Assembly (NCBI RefSeq): GCF_006345805.1 | Contig: NW_021833017.1 | Location: forward strand, 1-64,000 | Source: Octopus sinensis | Taxonomy: Eukaryota | Reading direction: 5' to 3' | DNA: 64,000 nucleotides | Part shown: positions 26,471 to 38,587 of the stretch, piece by piece | Numbering within the stretch: position 1 is the stretch's first letter | Layout of the letters: every line of letters starts with the position of its first letter | Made by a program: the position numbers and the translations under genes | The notes under the pieces: model-generated | Told to the model about the DNA's origin: nothing | The model's input: only the letters and a program-made list of their open reading frames with translations | Database searches by the model: none

Positions 26471-27342
26471 AGACATACATAATGGGTTTCTTTCAATTGC
26501 TATCTAACCAAATCTATTCACAATACTTTGGTCTTCTACAAGAAGACACCTGCCCAAAGTGCCATGCGTTGGCACCGAACCGAAGAGCACAAGGTGAGCT
26601 TCTTGCTACTCAATTACAATTTCCACCTGGAGATCAATACTGAGCATTCATTATTTTTAACTCCTTTGAGATAAAAGAAAACTAAAGAGAAGAAAAAGTG
26701 GGGGTAATTCACAAGGGGAAGAAACAATACAAGCATGGAAGAAGATCACACACACACACACACACACACATTGATATAACATCACACACAAAAAGTCATA
26801 TTTATATATTCAATCATCCAACAAATTAAAAGAAACAGACTTTATGCCAGTAGTGTACACTCTGTACACAAAATGTTAGAAATAGCAACCAAATATTCCT
26901 CAAATCAAGAAAGTCCCAAGAAAATTAAGAACACACAAAATAATGCAGTCTCAGTCAAAATTCAGTTTTCAAAGAAGCTGAGAATTTCTGATAATGTTCT
27001 TTGGATCATGGTTAATCCAAGGCTTAGAAAAATGAAGTGTGTGTGTGTATGGTATTTGTTTCATCTCTGTTGCATTCTGGGTTCAAATCCCACTAAGGTC
27101 GGCATTGGCTTTCATTGTTTTCGGGGTCAGTAACAGTCCAGTACTGAGACTTCTACTTTTCTCTCTCGCATCCTCTTTTTTCTCTCAGCCCCGGAGTTAA
27201 ATGACTATCAAATTTAAGGTACCCAAATTACATCAAAACAGCATCCCTGGAATTTTATAAGGAGTTCAGGACCTGAAGTAAGACAAACATCAACAAATTA
27301 AAGAAGCTGGTTTATAATCCGTGTAGAAATGCTAATCCATAC

Positions 27343-27559
27343 CATTATTTCTAAGCAGTTCAGCAGCATCTTTGAAGAGTCTCTTCTTCTCCAGGAAATT
27401 CAGTTTATCTTCCAATGTGGTGAAATGAAGCAAGGCCACCTTCATTTTCTCAAAATCCTTATATTGGTAGTAAAGATTTGCAGCTTGCTGAGCGAGGTAG
27501 AATATATCTTTTGTTGGACGATTCTTTATGAAATCCTCAGGTGCAGAATCACCATATGA
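27343..27559 (-). CDS. TRANK1: TRANK1-like exon (SYGDSAPEDF...AAELLRNN)
   Basis: 217 nt, phase 0-1, tttcag/gtatgg. Confidence 0.9.
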
Positions 27560-28389
27560 CTGAAACAATAAACATATATATATGACTTGAAAGAAAAGCA
27601 TACAAAAATAGAGAGATAGACTGATAGACAGCTTAGTTAGAAAGAAACTGGGAGAAGCCCACTGTATATATGCATGTGTGTACAGACACACATCATACAT
27701 ATATGCAAATAATAGTGTTGCTGATGACAATGGGATTCTCCCAATTTCTATCTACCAAAGGCATTCACAAGGCTTTGCTTGGCCTGGGGCTACAGCTAAG
27801 ACACCTGCCCAATATGGAAAGCAGTAGGACTGAACTCCAAATCACATGGTTGGGAAGCAAACTTGTTCACTACACAGCCACACCCGCGCTGATGTGTGTG
27901 TGTAGGGTTAAAAACTTTACTTCTCAGATCATGTGGTTCCAGGTTCAGTCCCACTGCAATACACGTTAGTTTGTGTCTTCTAAAGCCCAAGGTTGATCAA
28001 AACCTTGTGAGTGGATTTAGAAGATAGAAACTGAAAGAAGCCCATTGTGTGTGTGCGCAGATGTGTGCTTGTGTCTCCTTGACTTAGCATGATGATAGTT
28101 ATAAATGAATGTCCCTGTCATACAAGCAGAGTCCTCTATTTCCAGTATTCTGTGAAGACATGTCTAATCAAGGAGAAAGATCAGCTTCCTTGCAGGCGAG
28201 GGCTGACAATAGGAAGGCCATCCAGCCCATCCGGCCTCAATAAACTCCGTCCAACCCATTCAAGTATGGAAATGTGAACAATGATGATGATGTACATATG
28301 AGACAGGTATAGAACGGATATTCAAAGGGTAGGGGAAGATATGGTGGGAAATTTGAGGGTATAGAATAGGAAGAGAGTTCATTCAAGGG

Positions 28390-31287
28390 CTGACTGTATG
28401 GTTCTACAGTTAACAACTCTTTTGTCAAGTGATCAATTCCCTCCAAATATGGCCCTCTGGCCCCGCCCATGTGTTACATCCCCTGCCAGTCATCTCCAGT
28501 TGTGCTCTACCAAAATGTTTCCTTGCTCATTCACTCTCAGAACAGGGGGGGGGCGATGGATTGACCCCTATCGCAGTTCCCGACCAGCTTTTGGTTGCTC
28601 CATCCAGTAACGTCAATCTTCCTGGTGAGATACAGGGTCCCCTATCCATGCCCATAGCATGCTGTCTCCTTAGTTTGGAGTCATTTCACAAATACACTGT
28701 GGCTATCCCTTGCTTCGATTCTTCTCGCTCCCCTAACCAAGATTTTTTCACCCTGGTTAGAACGTCTGCCTTGTTTCTCTCTGAAGGCACAAAGACCATG
28801 TTCAGTTTCAGGCCAAACTTGCCAATCAGCTCTCCTAGAAACCCTAGGCAGCGCTTTGATAACATTTCCGCAGCCCCTTTGGTTCACACCTTCTTCTCTT
28901 CAGTGATCACCGATCCTACCCAGCCAAGCACAGTGGTCGAATCCGTCTGGATTTCAATGGAGCGCAGCCCCCATTTCAAGGCCAAATTCACTCCCTTCAG
29001 CACTGCGTCCAACTCAGCGACATTGATGGGGTTGTAGTCATCTGCTTTTTGAAACCAGGCTGTGTCCTCTACTTTGGCACCTCCAATTTCCAACACAACT
29101 CCTATTGCAATACTGTTAGCATCACACCATACGGTCCCATTATCCAATTTGAGAACATGCCAGTTCCTTCTGACTGGGTCTTCCACTCTCATCCTCTCTG
29201 GGATTTCCCACATCATCACCACTGTACCTTCTCTCATCTTGTCACCCCAGTTCTCCCCTTCTGCTCATCTCTTGGTGTAACTGCAGCCACCTCGTGATTG
29301 AGTAGTGACCTACTAGTTTCCCACACATCAAGAACAGTTCTCTTCTGCTGACATTGGTACCCAGTTCCGGGATCTCATTCCCCCATTCGAAACACCAATA
29401 CACCTGTTCTGTCTCTTTGAAGCTTAATCCCCAGTGCAGCTCCTCCAGCCATTGGCTCCAGTGGCTTCGCAATCAGCCCAAATTCCTTCAGATGTCTCAC
29501 AATTTCTGTGGCAGGCACTACAGTTTTTTCCACTAAGATGTCATCTATATAGGAGTTGGTAGCCCTTCTTATCCTATCCACTTTTCCCTGTATCGCACCA
29601 GCTGGTACTGCCACAGTTTGTCACTCACGTAGAGCTGTAAATATGCTGACTTCAAGTCAACAATCGTTGCTGCCTTAGTTGAGGTCTCCATATGCGCAGC
29701 GTCTCACTGCAAATGTCAGTTGCCTCACCACCTCTGTGGCACGATACATGGCCATTCCTCTCCCGAAAGTCCAGTACTGGTGTGACTTTGCCCTTTGCTG
29801 GTTGCACCACTGCCATTAGTGGTAGCACTCCGCACACCACCTCCTCCTCCTCCTTCAATGGAATAGGGACACCTTCCTTAATCCACCTCTTCTTCAAACT
29901 TGCTCCTGGTATGGCCTTTCAGGTAGCATCTCATTCTGTTCTTCAGCATCGGGGGCTCTTCTTTCCAGTGCCACTCTATTGTCCACTGCTGACCATCGAA
30001 TGCTGCCTGAAAATCCTTGTCTTCAATGGTGCAGGCAGTGCAGTCCCTCACAGAGGTCTGCTCCCTCTCACATTCTTGACTCACAGTGCATGATGAACCC
30101 ATGGCACCAAACAAAACAATGTCCCCTCCAGCACTGACATCTCCAAAGCGGTCAATTGCGTCCATTCCCATTATCACATCAATCCCGTCTACCACATGGT
30201 GATCACGATCGCCCGCAGCCTTAGCATTGTGCCTTGCACCACTATCTCCATGTCGCTGCTACCCTTGCATTTGATTTCGCTGCTGTCAACCACTCGAACA
30301 CCTACACATCCCCTTCCATTTCTTTGTCACCATAGGGGTCACACGAGATGTCGTACAAGGGCCTTGAACATGTTTCCGTTTCCCCCAACCATGACCTCGA
30401 CTACGGGCAGTGACTGCACAAGTGCCTCTACTCGTTCATAGGCAGATGGGGGGGGGGTGAGAGGCAGCAACTTCTCTGAGGCCTTTTCCCTGGTCCGGGC
30501 TCCACACAGCCCTGGCACTTCAAACACAAGCCTGTGGTGAACGGCTGCTCTTGTTCCACAGCAGGTTTCTTTTTGTCCTTCACTGGCTGTCATGCAGCAT
30601 CCTGGGCTTTTGCAACCTTCTGCCTGGTGTTTTGTGCCAACATGTGGGCTTGTTATAGCTGTGCTGACATGTCATTGCGAAAGCCATTCACAAAACCCAG
30701 TTGTGTTACCTTCTCCAGACCCTCTCCAGTGAGACCGGACAGCACAGCCAGCCAGTCTCCGGACCTCTGCAGCATATTCATCAACCTGTTCTCCTGTCCA
30801 TCTGACCGTTCCCAGCTTATCCAAAGCAGTCTACTCTCCCTCTCAAGGGCTGCACGATCTTTGACACGCTCAGTTATTCTTCTTCATTCATTTAGAGGCA
30901 GAGTGCCAGTGTGCTCCCCTCCAAATACAGTGCCATGAGGCTTGCTACAAACTTGACTATAGAAAGGTCCGATGATATCATTGCCGATCCTTATTTTCGC
31001 TGCCATCATATGTTAGGGGACAATGATGTCTGTATATGATCGCCGAAATAGCTTGTCCTGCATGGGGAATGAAAAGAGGTTCACTCACCTTCCTCTCATC
31101 GACTGCCTGTCTAGCAGTAATCTCCCCGACAATCCTGCCCTTCCCCTGTCACCCAGTATAAGCAGCTGGTATCTGAACAACTCAGGAGTGGATTTCCTAA
31201 TGTCCATTCATGATGCAAAAAGGGGCTGACGCTTGCCTCTCTCTCCTCTTGTGCTTCCTCTTCTGATTAATCCCTTGACCACTGACA
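28390..31287 (-). mobile_element. Ty3/Gypsy-like LTR retrotransposon, 3'-truncated: 5' LTR, PBS, gag, protease, RT, RNase H, start of integrase
   Basis: Candidate LTR 31287-31011 (TGTCAG...TAACA); PBS TGATGGCAGCG 31008-30998; RT YIDD; RNase H VWCDANS...INVAEL...QTDS; integrase Zn-domain remnant; many stops and frameshifts. Confidence 0.85.
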
Positions 31288-31299
31288 TCATGACCCTCT

Positions 31300-31700
31300 T
31301 CTTCCGGCTCATCCCCACAAATACCCATTCTGTCTCATTATACTTTAATAAGGAGCAACCAGGAAATCATGCCCTCTCGTTTCTTTCTAGTTTCCACAGA
31401 TCCTCTGCATTTAAGACCCACATCTTGTTGCCATAGAGCAGTGCACTGTGCACTGTGCACTCTGCTCTTGACTTTGAGGGAGAAGCTCTTTGTTGCTAGT
31501 AGAGGTAATAGCTTTCTGAACTTTCTCCGACATGTTCTTATTCTAACTATTACCCCTTCAAAGCTAATCACATCACTGAGGTAACAAATGTTATCAATCA
31601 TTTCTAGTGAACCATCGGGGCCTTTGAAAGGATCTATTTCTCAAACACTCTTAGTGCTCATTTCCCTTGTGCATCTGCTGGATATGAAAAAACCTACTTT
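31300..31700 (-). mobile_element. RTE-type LINE RT-thumb fragment
   Basis: IDNICYLSDVIS...RIRTC.RKFRKLLPLLATKSFSLKVK, homologous to the 17828-18400 ORF. Confidence 0.75.
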
Positions 31701-31880
31701 CTCTCTTAACCTGCCTGTAACCCCAACATGACCTTGTGTGTTCTTTGTTAACATGTGAAACACTTTATGGAATTTCTACCGATTCTTTTTCTGCATACAG
31801 AGCACAGCTTTATCCCTGATGTTAAAACAGTCCCGTCTTCCTGGCTAATTATAACGACTTTTTATTTCATTAAGTACACT

Positions 31881-32250
31881 TTAACCCTTTAATATTCACA
31901 TCATTCTGTGAAATGTAATCATGGATTATTTATTCACATTGTTTTGAATTAATCATGGATTATCTATTCACATTGTTTTGAATTAATCATGGATTATCTA
32001 TTCACATTGTTTTGAATTAATCATGGATTATCTATTCACATTGTTTTGAATTAATCATGGATTATCTATTCACATTGTTTTGAATTAATCATGGATTATC
32101 TTGTACCTTTGAGATTTCAATGGTATATTTGTATACTTTTAGAATGACATTGTAGGGTATGCATAAGAGGCTGGATCTGCTCAGTTTTAACATCTGAACA
32201 GGTACAATATTTGGGTCAAATATGGCTGAACTGAATGCTAAAGATTTAAG
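31881..32250. mobile_element. piggyBac-like MITE (TTAACCCTTT...CTAAAGATTTAA) with internal minisatellite
   Basis: TTAA-bounded degenerate TIRs. Confidence 0.6.
31918..32100. repeat. 34-bp tandem repeat, 5.4 copies (ATCATGGATTATCTATTCACATTGTTTTGAATTA)
   Basis: Units start at 31918, 31952, 31986, 32020, 32054, 32088; only the first differs (1 nt); no spacers. Confidence 0.95.
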
Positions 32251-32831
32251 GCCCTTCAATTCTAGGTTTTACTTCCATGCCTGGAATTTCTACTTCAGAT
32301 TTTACTATAAGAGTTAAGCCATCAGCATAGAGGAACATCGAAGGGAACTGGTCTTAAAATTCATCTGTTGTGGCTTGCAGGAGCACAATAAACAAGCTCT
32401 AATCGACTTCTACCTCTACACTACATTCATCACTGAACTCATTGCTGACTTTGTACTTGCCTTGTAACACTCTCACGAGTCATTCATCTACTCTGAGTTT
32501 CAATTAGAGACCATCAGATTACAGTATCAGGGATTTTGTCAAAAATTGTCTCTAGATCAATAAATAATAGATCATAGAGGTTTAATCTCAGATATGCACT
32601 TCTTTCATAGCTGTCTCACTAGAAATATGGCATTAGTGGTACCACTTTCTAGAACAAAGCCCAACTGCACCCTATTCAAGAAAATACTATCCCTAATCAG
32701 TTTTGTAATAATATTTCTCTGTAACCTTCATGACCTGGTCCAACATTTTGATACCTTCTGTAGTTTCCTCTCTCTTGCCCTTCTAGCAGTTTACAATGAT
32801 ACTACAGCACCAGCCATTATCAATGAAACAT

Positions 32832-32873
<42 letters not shown>

Positions 32874-33325
32874 TATATATATACATATATATATAGTTTT
32901 GTATAGAAAGAAATTGCTCTTTCTAAGGACATCTTACATCACAAGTGTCCACTGGTTTATCTCTATATCGATTAATTTATAGATATTTTCATCCATTCAA
33001 TACATGAGAACAAAATTTTAGTAATATAAAGAGATTTTTATCTTCTAAATTCATAATGTAATTTTTAATTATAAAATATAAATGACGGTAGATATTGAAA
33101 CGTATGTAGGCATTATGAAATTGACTATTATGTAAATAAATTGATTGTGCTGTGCTCAAACTCCATTTTCTTTATACCACATATATCTATCTGTTTCTGA
33201 AGATTTTGCCTAAAGTCATTTTAGTTCACAGTTCACAGTTTGTGTAAAAAAAGATGCAAATTTATTTTAAAACTTATACAAACACAAAGACACACTGAAT
33301 ATCAAAAATAAATTATATATCCAAC

Positions 33326-33490
33326 CTGTTCAAGACTTTTGTATTCTTGAATTAATTCAATGGCATGGCCATACTGTTTGGCATCATGGAGCACATCAAC
33401 TGCTTTACCATAGAATGAGATCTTCAGGTAACACTGCACAGCTTCCTCATACATCTTTGCATTCTTAAAATTCACTGCAGCTTCATTGTA
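33326..33490 (-). CDS. TRANK1: TRANK1-like exon, TPR-like (YNEAAVNFKNAKMYEEAVQCY...), absent from the ORF track
   Basis: 165 nt, phase 0-0, tcttag/gttgga, open frame. Confidence 0.9.
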
Positions 33491-33765
33491 CTAAGAGTAA
33501 TTTTTTAAGAAAAAGGAAAAATGAAAATTCAAAGCAGAAAAGCCATTTTGCAAGAGGAGATAATTACATCAACCACACCCATCCCAAGTGTTTCACTGGT
33601 TCTTTATTTTATTGACCCAGAAAGGATGAAGGGCAAAGTCAACTTCAGTGGAATTTGAGCGCTGGACGTAACAATGGGTGAAATACGACTAAGCATTTCA
33701 TCCAGCATGCTAACGATTCTGCCACCTTAGAAATAATGATAATGATAAAGATAATAGTAATAATA

Positions 33766-34862
33766 ATGCATGGTGCCCTCCACCCTAAGGCAAATGTACA
33801 TAGGCTCTACATGAAGAGAGGTAAGGGTGGATGTGGGCTGATTGGCATACGGGAGTGCATGAACACTGGAGGAAGAAACATGGCAGAATATTTGGTAAAC
33901 AGCAAAAGAAGACCTGCTACAGTATGCTGCTAGTGCAAAAGGAGTAAAGAAAAATGGACTTGAGAGTGCTTGTGAATTCCAAACAAGAACAGCCAATGAG
34001 AGAGAAGAAACCCTACTCCATATGGAATTACATGGTCAGTTCCACTGTGAAACCAACAAATTAAAGGACCAGGGACCATCATGGAGGTGGCCCAACATGG
34101 GTGACCTAAACAAGAATACTGAAAGCCTAATCCTTGTGGCCCAGGACCAGGCACTGAATACCAGCTCAGTGAAAAAGAATATATACCACTCAAGTGCCAT
34201 TGGACCTCTGCAGCATGTGTGGGGAGAGGGTCGAAAGTGTGACTCACATTGTTAGTGCTTGTGAAAGTCTGGCACAGAAAGAGTACAAGCGTAGACATGA
34301 TAAAGTAGCCCAAAACCTCCACTGGCTACTTTGCTGTAAGTATGCATATGAGGTTATGGGTGCTTGGTACCAAGATACACCGGAAAAAGTAATGGACGGA
34401 AAGGGGAAGGCAAAAATCCCCAGGGACTTTGATTTCCAGACAAAGTGTTAGAGCACCAAAGGCTGAATATAGTAACCTTTAGGAGGGACAAACGAAAGTG
34501 CCTAATAATTGATGTGGCTGTGCCAGGAGATCGACATATCATCATGAAAGAAAGAGAAAAAGTTGATAATATGGAGAGCTGAGAATTGAGATTGCTAAGA
34601 TGTGGCAGCTACGAGAGTCAGATGTAAAGGTTGTCCCTACTGTCATCGGAGCACTGGGTTCAATTCCACCCAATCTGAAGAAAAAACATCTGGAAACCTT
34701 AGAGATACCCTACAATCTAGATGTATTGCAACTGTTGGCATTACTTGGAATTGCATGCATATTGCATAAAGTAGTGTCTGTCTGAGGTCCTTTTTGTGAC
34801 TTGACAAACAGTGCAAACACGCAGCAGACACAACCTCATGATATTGTATACTGTGCAATGTC
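33766..34862 (+). mobile_element. 5'-truncated R4/Dong-like non-LTR retrotransposon (CCHC + restriction-like endonuclease), decayed
   Basis: LHGQF, TESLILVAQDQAL, CSMCGERVESVTHIVSAC, KEYKRRHDKVA, IIDVAVPGD, VVPTVIGALG; stop 34783-5; (CAA/TAA)n tail 34863-34920. Confidence 0.88.
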
Positions 34863-34886
34863 ATCAACAACAACAATAACAATAAC

Positions 34887-34920
<34 letters not shown>

Positions 34921-35877
34921 GTTTGAAATTTTGGCAGAAGGACAGAAGTTTTTTCGGAAGTCAATTACATCAATATCAGTGCTTTTTTTCTCAGCAGAAT
35001 TTGAACTCAGAATGTAGAGATGGACAAAATGCTTAACAGCATTTCGTCTGGTGTGCTAATGATTCTTCCAGTTTGCCACCTTAATCATCATCATCATCAT
35101 CATCACTATTCAATGTCCCTTTTTCCTGGCTGATATGGGTTGGATGGTTTGGCAAGAACATATGAACCAGAGGCCTGTGCCAGGTCCAATGTTTGCTTTA
35201 ACATGGTTTCTACAGCTGGATGCCCTCCCTAATGCCAACAACACTAGAGAGTGTACTGGGTGCTATTTATGTGTCAGCAGCACCAGTTAGGGGGCCAGGT
35301 CCCTGCAAGTGAAGTCCCTACTCAACTGAGCTGGGTATAGAGTGGAAAAATAAGAAACTATGATAAAGAGAGAGGAACAAGTGTCTTGCTGAAGAGGTGA
35401 ATACATGGCTTGTCCACCTGGAAAGTGAGAGAGAGAAAGAAAGAGATGTGAGGCCCAGGTTCAATGTAAATATGAGAGAGAACAGGAAGAGCACTGAGTG
35501 AAAATTATGTGATAATAATAATGCCCTGGCTACCCACGAAGCCTGCCCGTGATTCCACCATTTCATAGCATCAGTTGTTTACTTCCTGTGCTTTGGGCAA
35601 TTCCTAGTTCCATCTAGTTTGTGTCAACATAGAAAATGTAAAATGATGAAGTTCTCATCCCACCAAATATTATGAAGAAATGATTATCTCCCTTGTACTA
35701 AACGTCCTCCAGGGGACTCCAAACATCATCATTTAATGTTTGCATTCCATGCTGAGAGGCCCAGGGACTGCACAGTATTCCAGGGTCTTCCTAACGCTGC
35801 AATAATTATGCACCAACCCAATATATATATATATATACAAATAAATGAAAGAATGGAGTTGAACGACGATTTAAACA

Positions 35878-35982
35878 AAATTCCTTTATTCTCGACATAT
35901 GTTTCGAAGGCTGCATATTCCTAATTTCGAAGGAATAAGGGGTGCATTATGCCGCCTTCTCATCAGGAAAAACAAGGAACTT
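35878..35982 (-). ncRNA. Type I hammerhead ribozyme (Penelope-like-element type), sense to the TRANK1-like pre-mRNA
   Basis: Minus strand: stem I - CTGATGA (35966-35960) - stem II GAAGGC...GCCTTC - GAAA - CATATG - TC, predicted cut after 35894 - stem I' GAGAATAAAGGAA. Confidence 0.8.
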
Positions 35983-36432
35983 ATGTCAGCATCAAGATGA
36001 ACAAAAACTCTTAGATAACTGCCCACACGGAGTCCATAGCGATAATGAGTGTTTCTTTAAAATATTCCGTTATAAGCAGTGGCGTCAACCAAATCTACCA
36101 ACCGCATCTACTCAATCACATACACAATCATGCACACACATACACACACATAGACACGAATGCAGTTATATACATACACACACATAGGCACTCAATCACA
36201 AAAGCAAACAACAATACATCACCATTCATATGACTTGCACCCTGTCACCTTCCTATTCTTAGATCTCTCCCCTCCAACCTTGTTTGAACCCTTGAACTTT
36301 TTAGAATCTTCTACATTCAACCATTTTTGATGTCACTGCTTATAACAGAATATTTTAAAGAAACACTCATTATCGCTATGGACTCCGTGTGGGCAGTTAT
36401 CTAAGAGTTTTTGTTCTTCTTGATGCTGACAT

Positions 36433-36537
36433 AAGTTCCTTGTTTTTCCTGATGAGAAGGCGGCATAATGCACCCCTTATTCCTTCGAAATTAGGATTAT
36501 GCAGCCTTCGAAACATATGTCGAGAATAAAGGAATTT
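36433..36537 (+). ncRNA. Type I hammerhead ribozyme (Penelope-like-element type), antisense to the host gene
   Basis: TTCCTTGTTTTTC - CTGATGA (36449-55) - GAAGGCgGCATAAT...ATTATGCaGCCTTC - GAAA (36510-13) - CATATGTC, predicted cut after 36521 - GAGAATAAAGGAA. Confidence 0.82.
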
Positions 36538-36748
36538 TGTAAAAATCGTTGTTCAACTCCATTCTTTCATTTATTTGTATTAAAAAAACACAAATTTCCA
36601 CACGAAAGCACGTGATCTCTGCCCTTGGCATGTAGCTTCAACCGTGTTTTTCTGACGTGAATTTGCTACCCAGGTATCGGTTAACCGAATTATCCATACT
36701 AAGATAATTCATTCAACTACTTATATATATATATATATATATACACAA

Positions 36749-37216
36749 AACTCCACTTGTGAAGACCCGTTGAGGCAAGTGAAAATCAAAATCAAAATCA
36801 AAAATCAAATTCAAACCAAATCAAATCAGATATCAGAAAGCAGAACCAAAATCGAAGCCGATCAACATCAATGGAAATTGCAGCTGTGATACCAGTGCCG
36901 GTGACAAGTAAGCGAACCATCCGATCGTGGCCATTGCCAGCGCCGCCCCGACTGGCCTCTGTGCCGGCGGCACATAAAAGCACCATCCGACCGTGGCCGT
37001 CTGCCAGCTCTGTTTGGCACCTGTGCAGGTGGCACGTAAAAAGCGCCCACTACACTCACGGAGTGGTTGGCGTTAGGAAGGGCATCCAACCATAGAAATA
37101 CTGTCAGATCAGACTGGGCCTGAAGCAGCCTTCTGGCTTCACAGACCCCAGTTGAACCGTCCAACCCATGCTAGCATGGAAAGCGGACGTTAAATGATGA
37201 TGATGATGATGATGAT
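36749..37216 (+). mobile_element. Young SINE-like element with RTE-type 3' end and (GAT)n tail; internal (AAAATC)n
   Basis: CpG-rich; ends CCAACCCATGCTAGCATGGAAAGCGGACGTTAAATGATGAT, a tail shared by many decayed copies in the window. Confidence 0.65.
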
Positions 37217-38232
37217 ATAGGTATATATTGAGAGAGAGAGAGAGAGAGAGAGAGAAAGCATTGAATCCCTAACTACTTAATTCATCCCATCATTCTTCTA
37301 CTGTTTCTCTCTGTCTCTTTTACATTAACCCCTGGTACTACTCTTCCCCTTCCTCTTTCCCCTCTCTGGTTCATTACTTTGGCTAATAAATCCCTCCTAC
37401 CATAATTTAACTGTAACCTCTCTCTACCCCATGTATAACGTCATCTCTCTCTTTCCTGTTTCAGTTGTGGGAGCTCTTTAACCTTAAGAATTACAAGGCA
37501 ACCTTACTCACATAGGTGTCACACAAAACACACCAAGTAAACTCTGTAAAGGGGTTCGGTGAACTGAGCACTCTTTCATCTTACTGGGAACAAGGCGTCT
37601 TCTACTGTGCTGGTGCCATGAAAAAACCGTACCCAGTCTACATTCTGTAATGTGTAAGAAGGGCTTCCAGCCAAAGAAACCATGCCGAAACAGAAACACT
37701 GGAACAGAATGCAGCTCCCTTGCCTGTTGGACCCTGTTGAGCCAGTTACCCCATGCTGACATGGAAAGCAAACACAAAATGATGACAGCAGCAGTGACAG
37801 TGTGTGTGTCCGTGTGTCCATGTGTGTGTATTTTTTATACATTATAATACACTAGCGTCTTCCAGATGGGGAATGTTTTTCAGCTTAAGTTTCATCTTAC
37901 TTTTATATACAAGTTGAAAAATAAACATCAGCTGGTAATAATGGAATTGTGGATGGCAGACGCATGAGCTGTGACGTTTGTTTTGACAATGGTGAATAGA
38001 GAAATATACAAGGACAGAGAAAGAATGAGAGCAAAAGAGAAGATGAAGCAGAAATTCCTGCCAAGGTACACTCGGTCATTTTAAGTGGAATCTAATTACA
38101 AAAGAATGATTTTCAGTCAAAAGTTCAGAAATTTAAGCTTTTAATTAGCTAATGTAATTATTAAACTAAAACTTTACAAATAAAATGTTACAAGTGGATT
38201 GAAAACACCACAGGGAGCCAACCAGGTGTATG

Positions 38233-38263
<31 letters not shown>

Positions 38264-38483
38264 GATAAAACAAATGGTTTACACCTGGTAGCCAACTGTC
38301 TTTCATTTGTTATATATATATCTTTGGGGTTTGGGGATTTTTATTCATTTGGCAGCTTTCACCTTTGTCTTTAAGTGAAAATTTGTGGTTTGATCATTTT
38401 GACTGCTATATTTAGCATGCTGGTACTGCTTGTTAATACCCTTAATTATTAATTTATATATATATGTGTGTGTGTATACGTAT

Positions 38484-38539
<56 letters not shown>

Positions 38540-38587
38540 CTGTATGTGTGGGTGAGAGAGAGGAAATACAAATGTACTAATACATGC

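Larger units (their letters stand above)
35835..36580. repeat. Long inverted repeat: 254-bp arms (35835-36088 / 36327-36580), 238-bp spacer; probable Penelope-like pseudo-LTR pair
   Basis: Direct reverse-complement comparison shows only a handful of mismatches; each arm carries a hammerhead followed by AATAAA. Confidence 0.9.

Noticed and set aside
28429-29037. 202-aa + strand ORF
   Set aside because: Antisense shadow of the Gypsy RNase H/integrase region
31918-32100. CRISPR-like array (34-bp repeats)
   Set aside because: Units are contiguous with no spacers, no cas genes, eukaryotic context
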